DNA from: Octopus sinensis
Taxonomy: Eukaryota
Length of the DNA stretch: 26,387 nt
Reading direction: 5' to 3'
Assembly: GCF_006345805.1 (NCBI RefSeq)
Contig: NW_021834754.1
Span: 1-26,387, forward strand
The first letter of the stretch is position 1; every line of letters starts with the position of its first letter. Shown here piece after piece: positions 1-10,665 of the stretch. A program made the translations under genes and the position numbers. A model generated the notes under the pieces. The model saw nothing but the letters and a program-made list of their open reading frames with translations, was not told where the DNA came from and searched no databases.

Positions 1-50
<50 letters not shown>

Positions 51-284
51 TATGTATATTAGATAGATATGCATGTATGTATATATGTATATACGTGTGT
101 GTGATGCCACATACATACGTACACACAAACGCACATACTCGTATATCCATTCATACGCAGAGATACACACAGATAAAAACACACAACCGAACACACACGC
201 ACACGGACACACAAAGGCACACACATATATATACACGTGCGTGTACATGTATGAATGCGTGAATAAGTCTTCTTATTTGTGTGC

Positions 285-322
<38 letters not shown>

Positions 323-530
323 GTGTATGCTTTATGTTCATATGCTTGTGTTTATGATTATATATTTACATACGTGTGTGTAGTTATGGAGAAGTATATG
401 TATTAGTGTCCGTAAATGAGCGTGTGTGTGTGTGTGTGTGTGCGTGCGTGCGTGTGTGTGTGTGTCTGTTTGTGTGTGTGTGTGTGTGCATGTGTGTGTG
501 CATGTGTGTGTGTGCGTGTGTCTACATCCA
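1..530. repeat. Compound microsatellite tract (TA/TG/CA/GCGT)
   Basis: Runs of (TA)n, (TG)n, (CA)n and (TGCG)n are directly visible; the overlapping ORFs are CV/YI/HT dipeptide artefacts. Confidence 0.95.
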
Positions 531-869
531 CTAATATCTGCCGTAGTTAAATATTTAAATAGGTAATTTTATCTGTTGATTTCGTAGTCGTTACAATAAC
601 CTTTTTTAATGAGAAACATTCTACACCGCCATTACATTAGCTGCTGGGGTGGCGTGGCAGGGAGGTGACGCGGAGGCGGTGAGCGATGCCGTGGAGGCGG
701 CGGTGAAGTGGTGTGGTGTGTGGGGAGGGGCAGATGTGAGGCTGGTTTATGCTCAGTGGAAATATTGAACCTGTCTGTGAATGTGTCTGCATATATATAT
801 ATGTGTGTATGTGTGTGTATGTGTGCGATACTCTATGAACCTCTCTGAGCAGGTACGGGAATATATACA

Positions 870-1111
870 CGTGTGAGTGTAATTATGTATGTATGTATGT
901 ATGTATGTATGTATGTATGTATGTATGTATGTATGTATGTATGTATGTATTTACGTGTGTATGTATGTATGTATTCATGTATGTGTTTGTGTGCTTATAT
1001 TTATGTGTGGATGTGTGTACTCATGCATGTATGTAAGTTCAAATGTACGATTGTTTGTATGTAGAAATGTATGCATGCACGCATTACATACATATATGTA
1101 TAATATATATG

Positions 1112-1176
<65 letters not shown>

Positions 1177-1405
1177 GGGGGAGAGAAAGGGAGAGAGAGA
1201 GGGAGAGAGAGGGGGGAGAGAGAGAGTGAGAGATATAGATATTATATACATTATATATATATATATATATGGATATGCATGCTTATTACATACACGAATA
1301 TTTATATAAGTAGGCATGTGTGAATATATGTATGTATATAATATATATATATACATACATACATATTTACAAATATATATACATAATATGTATACATATA
1401 TATTC

Positions 1406-1473
<68 letters not shown>

Positions 1474-1512
1474 ATATCTACATACATGTATACATATATA
1501 TCTTTTTATGTA
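870..1512. repeat. Compound microsatellite tract: (ATGT)n, (TA)n, (GA)n
   Basis: (ATGT)n at about 884-948, (TA)n at about 1125-1152 and 1410-1480, (GA)n/GGA-rich at about 1153-1235. Confidence 0.95.
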
Positions 1513-1514
1513 TA

Positions 1515-3085
1515 CACTGCGTCCCACATTATTAGGCAAATGAACCTTCTCCAATAATAAATTTATATTCGTTCAAAACCAGTTGTTTTCACACTGACTG
1601 TTGGCAATATCTCTCTGCGCACATTCTGTTAAAATTAATGGGATCTGCGCAGACGCCAACAAACGGCGGCCATTTTTTGATTGGGCAACATTTTCGCTGT
1701 CACAAAGTATTAAGTAAGTATAATGAAAATGATAATTGTGTCGGAACAGACATTTATTTAATTCAACAGAAAGGGTTTAACAAAAAAATTATTCATAAAA
1801 GGCTTATTGGTAAACATAATAACACGTTCGAATGAAAATAACCATGGGATTGTGATGACATGCAGCTCCTAATGTTTGATGTATGATCCTCCACATGCAA
1901 TAACCGTCCTTAGGTGCTGATCTATTTAATTTGTTAAGGTTATTATATCCTCTTGAGTCATGCTTTGAGCAGCATCTACAATAGCATCCCAGAGGGCAAA
2001 TTTACTTGAAAACTGCAGTCCATCTTGGTAAACGCGCCTCTTCAGTACGTTCCACAGGAAACAAGGTGGCCACCCCATCAAACGACCTCTAGAGAAGTCT
2101 GTTTGTTGCAGCTATTCATTAGAATCCTTCGCTACTTGAGACGGGGTATTATCTTGCATGAAGACCAGCTTTCTCTTGAATGAAAGTTTTTGCTTTTTGA
2201 ACCACAGTTGGAAATTGTCCTTTAAAAGGGTAACATATATTTTCGATGTACTCCTAATGTCATCTGGGACTTTCTATGGCCCGACCATCATACCACCAAC
2301 GATGCCAGCCTAAAACAGGATCCCACCTCTTCCCTGTTGGCGTCTCAAACTATGAGGACGATTTCCTCGGACTGATACCCAAACTTTACTCCAGCCATCT
2401 GGTCTGTCAAGGTTAGCACGGCATTCGTCAGTGAATAGAACTGTTGAAAAACCTGTCTTCATGTATTCTTCTGCCCATTTAAGTCTCTACTGCTTATGAA
2501 CATCCTCTAGAGGGGACTTTGTAACAGGTTTAACATTCCTGGTTACCTGCTTCAAGGGGCGACACCTGGTAGTTTTCGATACGTCTTCCCTACAGCAACG
2601 TTTGAAGACTTCCCTACTTGCCAGACATGGGTTCCGCACAACTTCCCTTTTCATACGTGAGAAAGTACGATTCAAAGCAACCCTCGACTTACCCTTATCT
2701 GCCCTCGACCGGACAGAAATAGGAGACTGCACAAATTCCTTCACTGTTCGGTGATCTCACCCCAGTATTTTGTATATTTCTATGGTTGTTTTTCCTTTTC
2801 CAAGCTCTGACACGATGGTAGACTTCTCATTCGAATTAAGGTCACATTTCTGATCCGTAATGTTACTTAATTTGGGCACTTGACTAATAATTTGGGACAG
2901 TAGAAATGTTTCTGCTACCCGATAATGGCCACCGTTTGTTTCCGTTTGTGCAGATGCGATTTATTTTAACAGAATGTGCGCAGATAGGTGTTGCCAGCAG
3001 TCAGCCTGAAGTCAACTGGCTTTGAACGAATATACATTTATTTATTGAGAGAAGGTTCATTTACCTAATACTGTGGAACGCAGTG
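1515..3085 (-). mobile_element. Full-length degenerate Tc1-like DNA transposon, DD37E (TRT-like) family, ~1571 bp with ~200-bp TIRs
   Basis: Left end TA|CACTGCGTCCCACATTATTAGGCAAATGAACCTTCTC matches the reverse complement of the right end (CACTGCGTTCCACAGTATTAGGTAAATGAACCTTCTC). Inverted similarity runs over about 1515-1717 vs 2881-3085 and encloses a transposase on the minus strand. The right flank is TG rather than TA (microsatellite). Confidence 0.9.
1869..2858 (-). pseudogene. DD37E Tc1-like transposase pseudogene
   Basis: One reading frame of 330 codons: (ACG)DQKCDL...G*DHRTVKEFV...VLFTDECRANLDRPDGWSKVWV...RRQQGRGGILF*AGIVG...VFMQDNTPSQ...LMGWPPC-FLWNVLKRRVY...GGSYIKH*. It has six in-frame stops, the start is ACG, and SPDLNPIE is absent. 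W of WPP lies 27 residues after the second D, as expected for D-x37-E spacing. Confidence 0.9.
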
Positions 3086-3263
3086 TGTGTGTATATATAT
3101 ATATGTGTGTGTGTATATATATATGTGTGTGTGTGTGTGTGTACGTACATGCATACATACATACATACATACATACATACATGCATACTAACATACTTAC
3201 ACACATACATACATACATATTTATATATATAAACAACTATATATACATGTATTTATATACGTA

Positions 3264-4552
3264 CGAGGGGCGTTCAATAAGTAATGCCCCTGACCCACTT
3301 CCCATAGCAGTAGAGCAACGAAACTTGGCACAGTTATTAGTCTTTTCCTACATAGGAACCACCCAGAGTTACGCATTTCTCCCATTGTTTGATGCAGCTC
3401 TGGAGACCGTTTTTGTAGAAGACCCCAGTTTGGTCCTCCAACCTGAACGTGACTTCAGAAATCAAGGCTGCATCATCTGGGAAACGCTTTCGTTTCAAAA
3501 ACAGCTTCATGACTGGGAAGAGGTGAAAATCAGAGGGTGCAAGGTCAGGAAAGTAGGGAGATGGGGGAGGAGTTCATAGCCATACGCCTGTGCTTCTGAT
3601 CTGGCGACAAGCGAGTTGTGGACCGGAGCGTTGTCCTACAGGAGGAGGATGCCTTTGCTGATCTTGCCTCGCCTCTTGATTTTGATAACATCTCTTAATT
3701 TCCTCAAAAGTGAAGCATAATAGGCTCCTGCAATTGTGGTACCCTTTGCCAAGAAATCTGTCATCACAACTCCGTGCTGGTCCCAGAAGACTGTGAGCAT
3801 GACCTTGCCAGCGGAGGGCTGCACCCTTGCCTTCTTTGGAGGGGGTGAGTCACGGTGCTTCCACTGCATTGACTGGGCTTTGGTCTCTGGATCATCATGA
3901 TAGACCCAGGTTTCATCCTGTGTAATCAGTCTTTTGAAAAATTTTGACTCATCTTCTTGGCACATCTCCAAATTCACCCCGAGCACTCGACGCGTTCTTC
4001 TGCTTCTGGAAAGGCGTGAGCAACCTGGGAATCCATCTGGTAGACACCTTTTGCATATGCAAATGGTCATGAATGAGTTTCTGCAGACCCGGTACTAATC
4101 TTGACCTCATGGGCTATTTGGCGAATAATTATGCGTCGATCTTCCAAAATAGCAGCCTCAACTTGACGGACAGATGCCACATCAATGGCAGAAGGGGCGA
4201 CCAGATCTGGGAGCTGTTTCCACAGAGTTCCGACCATGTTTGAATTCACGATGCCAGCGTTTTACAAGGTCATATGATGGGGCATCATCACCATAGGTTA
4301 CTTTCATTTCATCAAAAGTCTCCCGTGGTGTGCGTCCTTTCAAATACAAAAACCGGATCCCTGCTCGACACTCAACAGGCTCCATTTCACACTTGACTCG
4401 GTTCAAATACCTGTAAATCAGAAACCACAATTAATTCAGAGCTGTAATTTGGCACTTACTCTATAGAGATATAAATGATTGCACATGCAAAATTTCAGCT
4501 AGATCAAACAAATGCAAGTGGGTCAGAGGCATTACTTATTGAACGTCCCTCG
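3264..4552 (-). mobile_element. Full-length mariner (DD34D, irritans/Himar1-Hsmar2-like), 1289 bp
   Basis: 37-bp TIRs CGAGGGGCGTTCAATAAGTAATGCCCCTGACCCACTT with 2 mismatches between ends; TA target duplication at 3262-3263 and 4553-4554. Confidence 0.95.
3337..4385 (-). pseudogene. Mariner DD34D transposase pseudogene
   Basis: MEPVECRAGIRFLYLKG...RSGRP / ...LITQDETWVYHDDPETKAQSMQW...SAGKVMLTVFWD...ILLL*DNAPVH...H-PYFPDLAPSDF...KCVTLGGSYVGKD*. Frameshifts near 4200, 4070, 3990 and 3560 (approximate), and a TAG at 3636-3638. Confidence 0.93.
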
Positions 4553-4598
4553 TATATATTTCTATATATGTGCATTATATATGTATGTATGTATGTAG

Positions 4599-4629
<31 letters not shown>

Positions 4630-4991
4630 TGTATAGAGCTCATACGTAATGTCTTAATGTCATTCATGTTTATATGAGCAAATGATAGTAGGAATTACAA
4701 TATAAAAATGATGAATTTTCATATTTTTCTACGCTTCTGAAGTACGAACTGTATATAATCATGTAAGCATTTGCCTGAGTGTTTGCGAATAAAAGTGATT
4801 CAAGCTGATCTTCTGTCGGATCTGGTGTTTGTGACAAAAAAGAATTTACTCATCCAATATGTTAGTCCATCTTTGTAATAGCTTCTTTCAAATTCTCCTT
4901 TATTGCATTTTAACAAAGTGTTTCAACAACACTACAAAACTTTACTTATATGCATTCATATATAGAATTATGTATACATACATATACACAT

Positions 4992-5030
<39 letters not shown>

Positions 5031-5036
5031 TATATA

Positions 5037-5253
5037 TGATATGGTGCTGAAAAGTTTCTGGCTTTCGGTAAAAGAAAATAAAGGAAGATCAGTTAATTAT
5101 GATTTTATTCAATATATGCCCCATTCAGATTCACGCATTTACAGCAGCGGTCCTTCAGTTTTTCTAAGCCCTGTAAAAGAACTCGGAAGGCTGGGCATCC
5201 AACTAGGCTTTTCGCGACACCCTTAAAGCCAGGAATTATTCAGCACCCCGTCG
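5037..5253 (-). mobile_element. Mariner-derived MITE / internal-deletion derivative (217 bp)
   Basis: Imperfect TIRs (TGATATGGTGCTGAAAAGTTTCTGGCTTT vs reverse complement CGACGGGGTGCTGAATAATTCCTGGCTTT) flanked by TA at 5035-36 and 5254-55. The minus strand retains a mariner C-terminus QGLEKLKDRCCKCVNLNGAYIE*. Confidence 0.85.
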
Positions 5254-5351
5254 TACATGCCTACGCTCTTCCACTGAAAGGAACACAGAAAGAAACAAGT
5301 AGAGAAAATAAAGGGAGAAATAAATGTTTCTATATATATATATATATATAC

Positions 5352-6012
5352 ACTAGCAGCTAAGCCCGGTTTCACCCGGTCGGTTTGGATGAGGTGGCTG
5401 TAAAACCTGTTCTGTGTAAGCATTCGACTTGTTTGGGCACGCTTACGTTAAAAAACAATTTTAGAATGACATTTTTCTGTCAAAACGCTAAAAATAACTG
5501 ACCAATAAAAATAGAACAGCCAAGATTAGAACAACCTAATCAAAAAATAAATGTATATATATATATGTATATTAATATAAAATAAACCCAAATACTAAGC
5601 GAACAAAGATGAACCATCCCACTTCCACTGTTTGTGCACACGCACACGCACAAACACACACACACATTCATATACCCCCCTTTTACATATACACACATAT
5701 ATTCACACAGAGTTGAAAGGCTGTTTGATTTATTTTTTCAGCGTACAATTTTCATCATCCCACTACCAAGTATGACATCACCCCTTCCTTCCTTATTCAT
5801 CTATCACCCCTTCCATTATCATTCATAAACACAAGAGTATCATTACAGTAGATTATCTCGGTAACTATGGGAGCTATGAAAAAATACAAAGTCCAGCAAC
5901 ACCACCGGATTATTCTACACATCTGTGTAATTTCTCGCGCAATTCCACACAGCCGTTTGACCGTGAATCCCAAGAAAAAAAAGAATCACCCATGTCAAAT
6001 TTATATGTATAG
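5352..6012 (+). mobile_element. Possible non-autonomous Helitron/HINE-like element
   Basis: Starts ACTAGCAGCTAAGCCCGGTTTCACCCGG after a TA tract and ends CAGCCGTTTGACCGTG...TTATATGTATAG|AT, with internal microsatellites. This resembles the Lep1/DINE-type end signatures as I recall them; there is no coding evidence. Confidence 0.45.
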
Positions 6013-6865
6013 ATTAAGAAAACGGAACATGGATTTAGTATGAATCTTTATTCCGTACGACGATCGTTTCGACCCATGCTGCATCTGTCCCAAGGGAGTG
6101 GGATATTCTGCATCTAATTGTGTTGCATCAATCGGTGCAAGCTGTGATATTCCAGTTGCTTGATGCAAAAACAAGATACCCCACTGAGAGATACTGACTT
6201 CTCTCCTTGGCATGCTGTTCTCGCTGCTGGTAGATTTGGTAAGACTGTGTGTGCCGGGGCATATATGTGTGAATGCAGGCATATAATCTGATATATTATA
6301 TAACATAATATATTACATAAGTAGGAATATACATGGATAGAGACACAGACAAACGGACAGACAGACAGACAGGCAAGCAGACAGACAAGGATGCCAACAT
6401 ACATTCAATTGTTATTATAAAATCAGTCTAAATTTGCCTTTCCCTGTTTCTCCTATTCTCTCGACCTTTCTCTGCTTTTTTCTCTCTCTCTTTTCTGTCT
6501 TTCTTTCTCTTTCTTCTCCCTCCCCCTCTCTCTCTATTTATCTATGTCCCCATCTCTTCCTTCTAAGCCAACACACACATAGATACAAATCAAACATGAA
6601 GATACGCACAAATATCATCTTTCGTCTTTGTGATACACGCATACACACACACACATCTTACACATATACACACATACACACACACATCTACACACCCACA
6701 CAAACACCCACACCTACAACCATAAAGGTTGTATTGTAACAGTTGTTCTTAGATTGACACATATAAACAACACGTACATCAAACACGACCTCGCTCATGA
6801 TAGACTGGGTTGGTCTGCATAAGAGTATGTATATGAAAGTCCATACATGCATACATACATACATA

Positions 6866-7270
6866 TACTCTTACTCTTTTACTCTTTTACTTGTTTCAGT
6901 CATTTGACTGCGGCCATGCTGGAGCACCGCCTTTAGTCGAGCAAATCGACCCCGGGACTTATTCTTTGTAAGCCCAGTACTTATTCTATCGGTCTCTTTT
7001 TGCCGAACCGCTAAGTGACGGGGACGTAAACACACCAGCATCGGTTGTCAAGCGATTTGGGGGGGGGGGACAAACACAGACACACAAACACACATATACA
7101 TATATACGACGGGCTTCTTTCAGTTTCCGTCTACCAAATCCACTCACAAGGCATTGGTCGGCCCGGGGCTGTAGCAGAAGACACGTGCCCAAGATGCCAC
7201 GCAGTGGGACTGAACCCGGAACCATGTGGCTGGTTAGCAAGCTACTTACCACACAGCCACTCCTGCGCCT
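6866..7270 (-). mobile_element. tRNA-derived SINE, family A (full length, ~405 bp)
   Basis: Minus strand begins AGGCGCAGGAGTGGCTGTGTGGTAAG (A-box-like) with GGTTCAGTCCC (B-box-like), has an internal TA/TG tract and ends in an AAAAGAGT-repeat tail. Homologous copies at 10273, 19521 and 20651. Confidence 0.9.
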
Positions 7271-7314
7271 ATATGTATATACATATATATATACACACTC
7301 ATCCATATACTTAT

Positions 7315-7316
<2 letters not shown>

Positions 7317-7410
<94 letters not shown>
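7317..7410. repeat. (AGAT)n tetranucleotide microsatellite
   Basis: About 23 uninterrupted AGAT units. Confidence 0.97.
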
Positions 7411-7411
<1 letters not shown>

Positions 7412-7455
7412 CGTATACATATACACATGCATATATATATGTGTGCGTGTGTGTG

Positions 7456-7486
<31 letters not shown>

Positions 7487-7491
<5 letters not shown>

Positions 7492-8649
7492 GCGAGGGGT
7501 ATTACACCATGCATCATTTATTTGTTTTCGGATAACCCTTTCAAGATATCATCCTTTAACTCAAGAAATGAGAAGACATGCAGTCATAGTCGCTATACAT
7601 GCAAACCATAGTGATTTAGAAATTAGCAACATTCTAAATGTTGCAAGATCATTTGTACACAAAGTTCGGTTGGAATTGGACACATGTGATGGTACTATTT
7701 CACTTGTATCAAAGAGAAAAAACATTCACAACGTCCAGACACTAAAAGGACACCAGAATTTATACATGATCAAAACATTATCGATGAAAATCCCAAAGGA
7801 TCAATGAGGTCCATTGCTAAAGAATTTCAGGTGTCAAAGTGGACTATCAGAACTGTGATACATCGTGACATTCGATACAAGTCCTATGTAATGAGGAAAG
7901 GTCAATTCGTGTCTGCAAAGACACAGGAAAACGGTTACTGAAGAAAGTGAAAAACCCTCATGAACAAGGATTGCTTTGGTTTTCCTCTGGAAAAAAAATC
8001 TTTGACCAGGATTAAAAGTCTAACAGAAGAAATGACAGATCCTTCAAAAGTACCCAGAGTGATGCACACGAAATTTCCAGCAATTATGATGGTTTTAGGA
8101 ATGGTGAGCAGCGAAAGTCATGTGATGCTTCCCCACTTTTTCCCACAGGGTCTTAGAATTGACGCTGCTGGATACATTGAGGTACTGGATTGATGAAGTA
8201 TGCAATGGAAATCCATAAGTGCTTTAATCCATACGTGCCTTCTCACAAAGCCCTAGTTATCCAAGACTGGTTGTTAGATAATCTTTGCGATTATTCAACA
8301 CCCAACATGTGGCCTCCAAACTCGCCAGATTTGAACCCCATGGACAACTACGTATGGGGGTGCTGTTGGAAAGGGAACTAATCGACATCCTCATAATACC
8401 TTAGCTTCATTGAAGGCCGCCATTGTCCAGGTGATGTCCGAAATGACAATATAGTGTGAGCATGCCAGCGGTTTCGGTCCCGCATTGAAGCAATCATCGA
8501 AGCCGAAGGCGGTTTCATAGAATAATGTGCTTAGAAAATCATTATCATGACTAATTGCACAAATGTTTATTCAAATACATATTTATTTATGCTGAAATAT
8601 AGTTGTTTTATTGTATACCACAACTGTCCTCAAATACTCCTCGCACTGT
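7487..8649 (+). mobile_element. Degenerate DD37D (maT/Bmmar1-like) Tc1/mariner element
   Basis: Residual TIR match (AGGGTGCGAGGGGTATT left vs reverse complement CACAGTGCGAGGAGTATT right) around transposase remnants; inserted in (TA)n. Confidence 0.8.
7568..8525 (+). pseudogene. DD37D transposase pseudogene
   Basis: MRRHAVIVAIHANHSDLEIS...; SMRSIAKEFQVSKWTIRTVIHRDIRYKSYVMRKGQF; VMHTKFPAIMMVLGMVSSESHVMLPHFFPQGLRI; VPSHKAL...WPPNSPDLNPMDNYVWG; ...RFRSRIEAIIEAEGGFIE*. The third catalytic residue is D, and spacing from the xPSH register gives 37. The first D is mutated and the second D is lost. Confidence 0.85.
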
Positions 8650-8802
8650 GAGCAGTCGAAACAGCAAAGATGATCTGGAACTCGACTGAGGAAAGAAAGC
8701 TCCGAATGACCCGTCCTTGTCTTTTCTTGTCCCTTTTTGTATCATCAAACTGTCTGGATGCTTTGTTGTCGCCTGTTGCGTTCTTGTCCCTTTGTATTCT
8801 TT

Positions 8803-8855
<53 letters not shown>

Positions 8856-8921
8856 TGTGTGTGTGTGTGTGTGCGTGTGTGTGTGTTTGTGTGTGTGCAT
8901 GTGTGTGAGTATGAATGTATA

Positions 8922-9365
8922 TTGGGTTATGCCATAAATAATGCAGTTTTTTTCAATTGCATGAACTAAAAGTCGGAGGGTGGTGGGATAAACTACCTGC
9001 ATCAATTTGCTATAAAAGCAGGTAGCAATTTTACCTTGTGCTTAACTTTCATGCAAGTTTTGAAGAGTTTTTTTTTTTTTCAAAGCTATAATGGAAGTGA
9101 CAAAGGAGTATATTCGGCATATTTTGATTTATGAGTTCAATAAAGGCAACAGACACAGCGGAAAATGCGAGGAATTAATATTCCTCGGACTTTCCATTGC
9201 GTTGTTGCTGTATATGAGGATTAGACACTAAACGTAAGCCAGTGTGAACGGTGGTTCCAGAAATTCCGAACCGGAAACTACAGCCTAGAAGACGAGGCTC
9301 TTTCTGGAAGATCTGTAGAACTCGACGAGGTCGTCCTGCAAACTCTGGTGGAACCAAACCTCATA
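8922..9365 (+). mobile_element. 5' fragment of a mariner (DD34D-type) element with N-terminal transposase remnant
   Basis: TA|TTGGGTTATGCCATAAATAATGC TIR-like start. ATG at 9091 gives MEVTKEYIRHILIYEFNKG, then ...CERWFQKFRTGNYSLEDEALSGRSVELDEVVLQTLVE (HTH region). Truncated at about 9365. Confidence 0.85.
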
Positions 9366-9454
9366 GTATAAGAATAATAAATTATGTGTCTATGCATGTA
9401 TGTATGTATGTTTATGTGCGTGCATGTGTGTCTGTATTTGTGCTTTTCTCTTAT

Positions 9455-9655
9455 CACCGTTTGGCAATCGTTGTTGGTTTGTTTACGCCATCGTAACCTG
9501 GCTGTTCGGCAGTAGACCATCGGTTGAATAACTGCACAAGCTTTAAAATGAGTTAATTACTGGGATCGATTTGCTCAATAAAATTTTCCAATGTGGTGCC
9601 CCAGCATGGCCGCAGTCTAATGGCTGAAACAAGTAAAAAGATTAAAAACAAAAGA
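9455..9655 (+). mobile_element. SINE family A, diverged 3' half
   Basis: Matches the 3' part of the other family A copies (GTTTACGCC...GTTCGGC...GTGCCCCAGCATGGCCGCAGTC...GAAACAAGTAAAA). Confidence 0.75.
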
Positions 9656-9823
9656 TAACGAAACACTTTTACAGAAAATATAACACACACACACACAAAT
9701 ACACACCACCCATATACATACACGCATACACATACAGACATACACACACACGCGCGCTCACACACATACACACACATACACGCACACACACACACATACA
9801 CACACATACATATACACACACGC

Positions 9824-9873
<50 letters not shown>

Positions 9874-10272
9874 ACAAAAAAAACAAAAACAAACAACATG
9901 AAAACCGTACACGACCGGTCAGAACCAGTCAGATGTTTCACCTGTTTATCAGATATAATTTATTCATTTTAATGGCTTTAGCAGATATCTATAAAATTAC
10001 TCTCATACTGAAGTGGCTATAATTGGTCTTAATTTCAGATCATGTGGTGAAGCATCCCTTTTGCATAGTTCCACTTATTTTTCGCTTTTATATCACGAGA
10101 GACTTCGTCTTATATCAAACAGTATTAAACCTGTAGTAAAAGTTTTCTATCTTTTCCAGGCCCGGGAACCTATAATACATTCTTATTCCAAACCTGATAC
10201 TGAAGCTTAACAAAACCATTGATATCAACGGTGCACGAAGCACATTTTTACAACTTACAAAGGACGAATAAA

Positions 10273-10665
10273 TACGCATGACTGTGTGGCAAATAGCTTG
10301 CTTCCTAACCACATGATTCCAGGTTCAGTCCCACTGCGAAGCACGTTTGACAAATGTCTTCTGTTATAGCTTTGGGTCGACCAAAACCTTATTAGTGGAG
10401 TTGGTAGACGGAAACTGAAAGAAGCCAGCCGTATAGGTGTGTGTGTGAGAGAGAGATTGTGTCTCTGTGTATGTGTTTGTCCCCCAACACCGCTTAACAA
10501 CTGGTTTGGTATGTTTACGTCTACGTGACTTAGGGGTTCGGCAAAAGTGACGATAAAATAAGGACTAGGCTTAAAAAACATACGTTCTGTCCGACTAAAA
10601 GTTCCTTAAGGCAGAGCACCAGCTTGGCCGCAGTCAAATGACTGAAACAAGTAAAAAACGAAAGA
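10273..10665 (+). mobile_element. SINE family A (near full length)
   Basis: ACTGTGTGGCAAATAGCTTGC...GGTTCAGTCCCACTGCG...GGAAACTGAAAGAAGCC, internal TG/GA tract, GGCCGCAGTCAAATGACTGAAACAAGTAAAA tail. Confidence 0.88.

Noticed and set aside
14-1543. Many 60-145 aa ORFs ([20 protein letters not shown])
   Set aside because: They are translations of di- and tetranucleotide microsatellites, which lack stops in some frames. The same applies to similar ORFs throughout the window.
3073-3579. 168-aa plus-strand ORF
   Set aside because: Half microsatellite and half the antisense of the mariner transposase 3' end.
4790-4910. Minus-strand stretch reading CNKGEFERSYYKDGLTYWMSKFF as a possible exon
   Set aside because: Stops in all frames downstream of the nearest acceptor-like AG, and no recognisable domain.
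6001-6306. 101-aa minus ORF (MLYNISDY...)
   Set aside because: No recognisable motif; it spans a microsatellite edge and a probable repeat terminus.
8651-8800. Pyrimidine-rich segment resembling a retroelement 3' region I recall from octopus
   Set aside because: Nothing within the window supports a classification; it needs a repeat-library search.
10030-10270. Strong acceptor-like sites (TTAATTTCAG near 10038; CTATCTTTTCCAG near 10159)
   Set aside because: All frames close within about 35 codons and no convincing donor follows; this could only be a non-coding exon.
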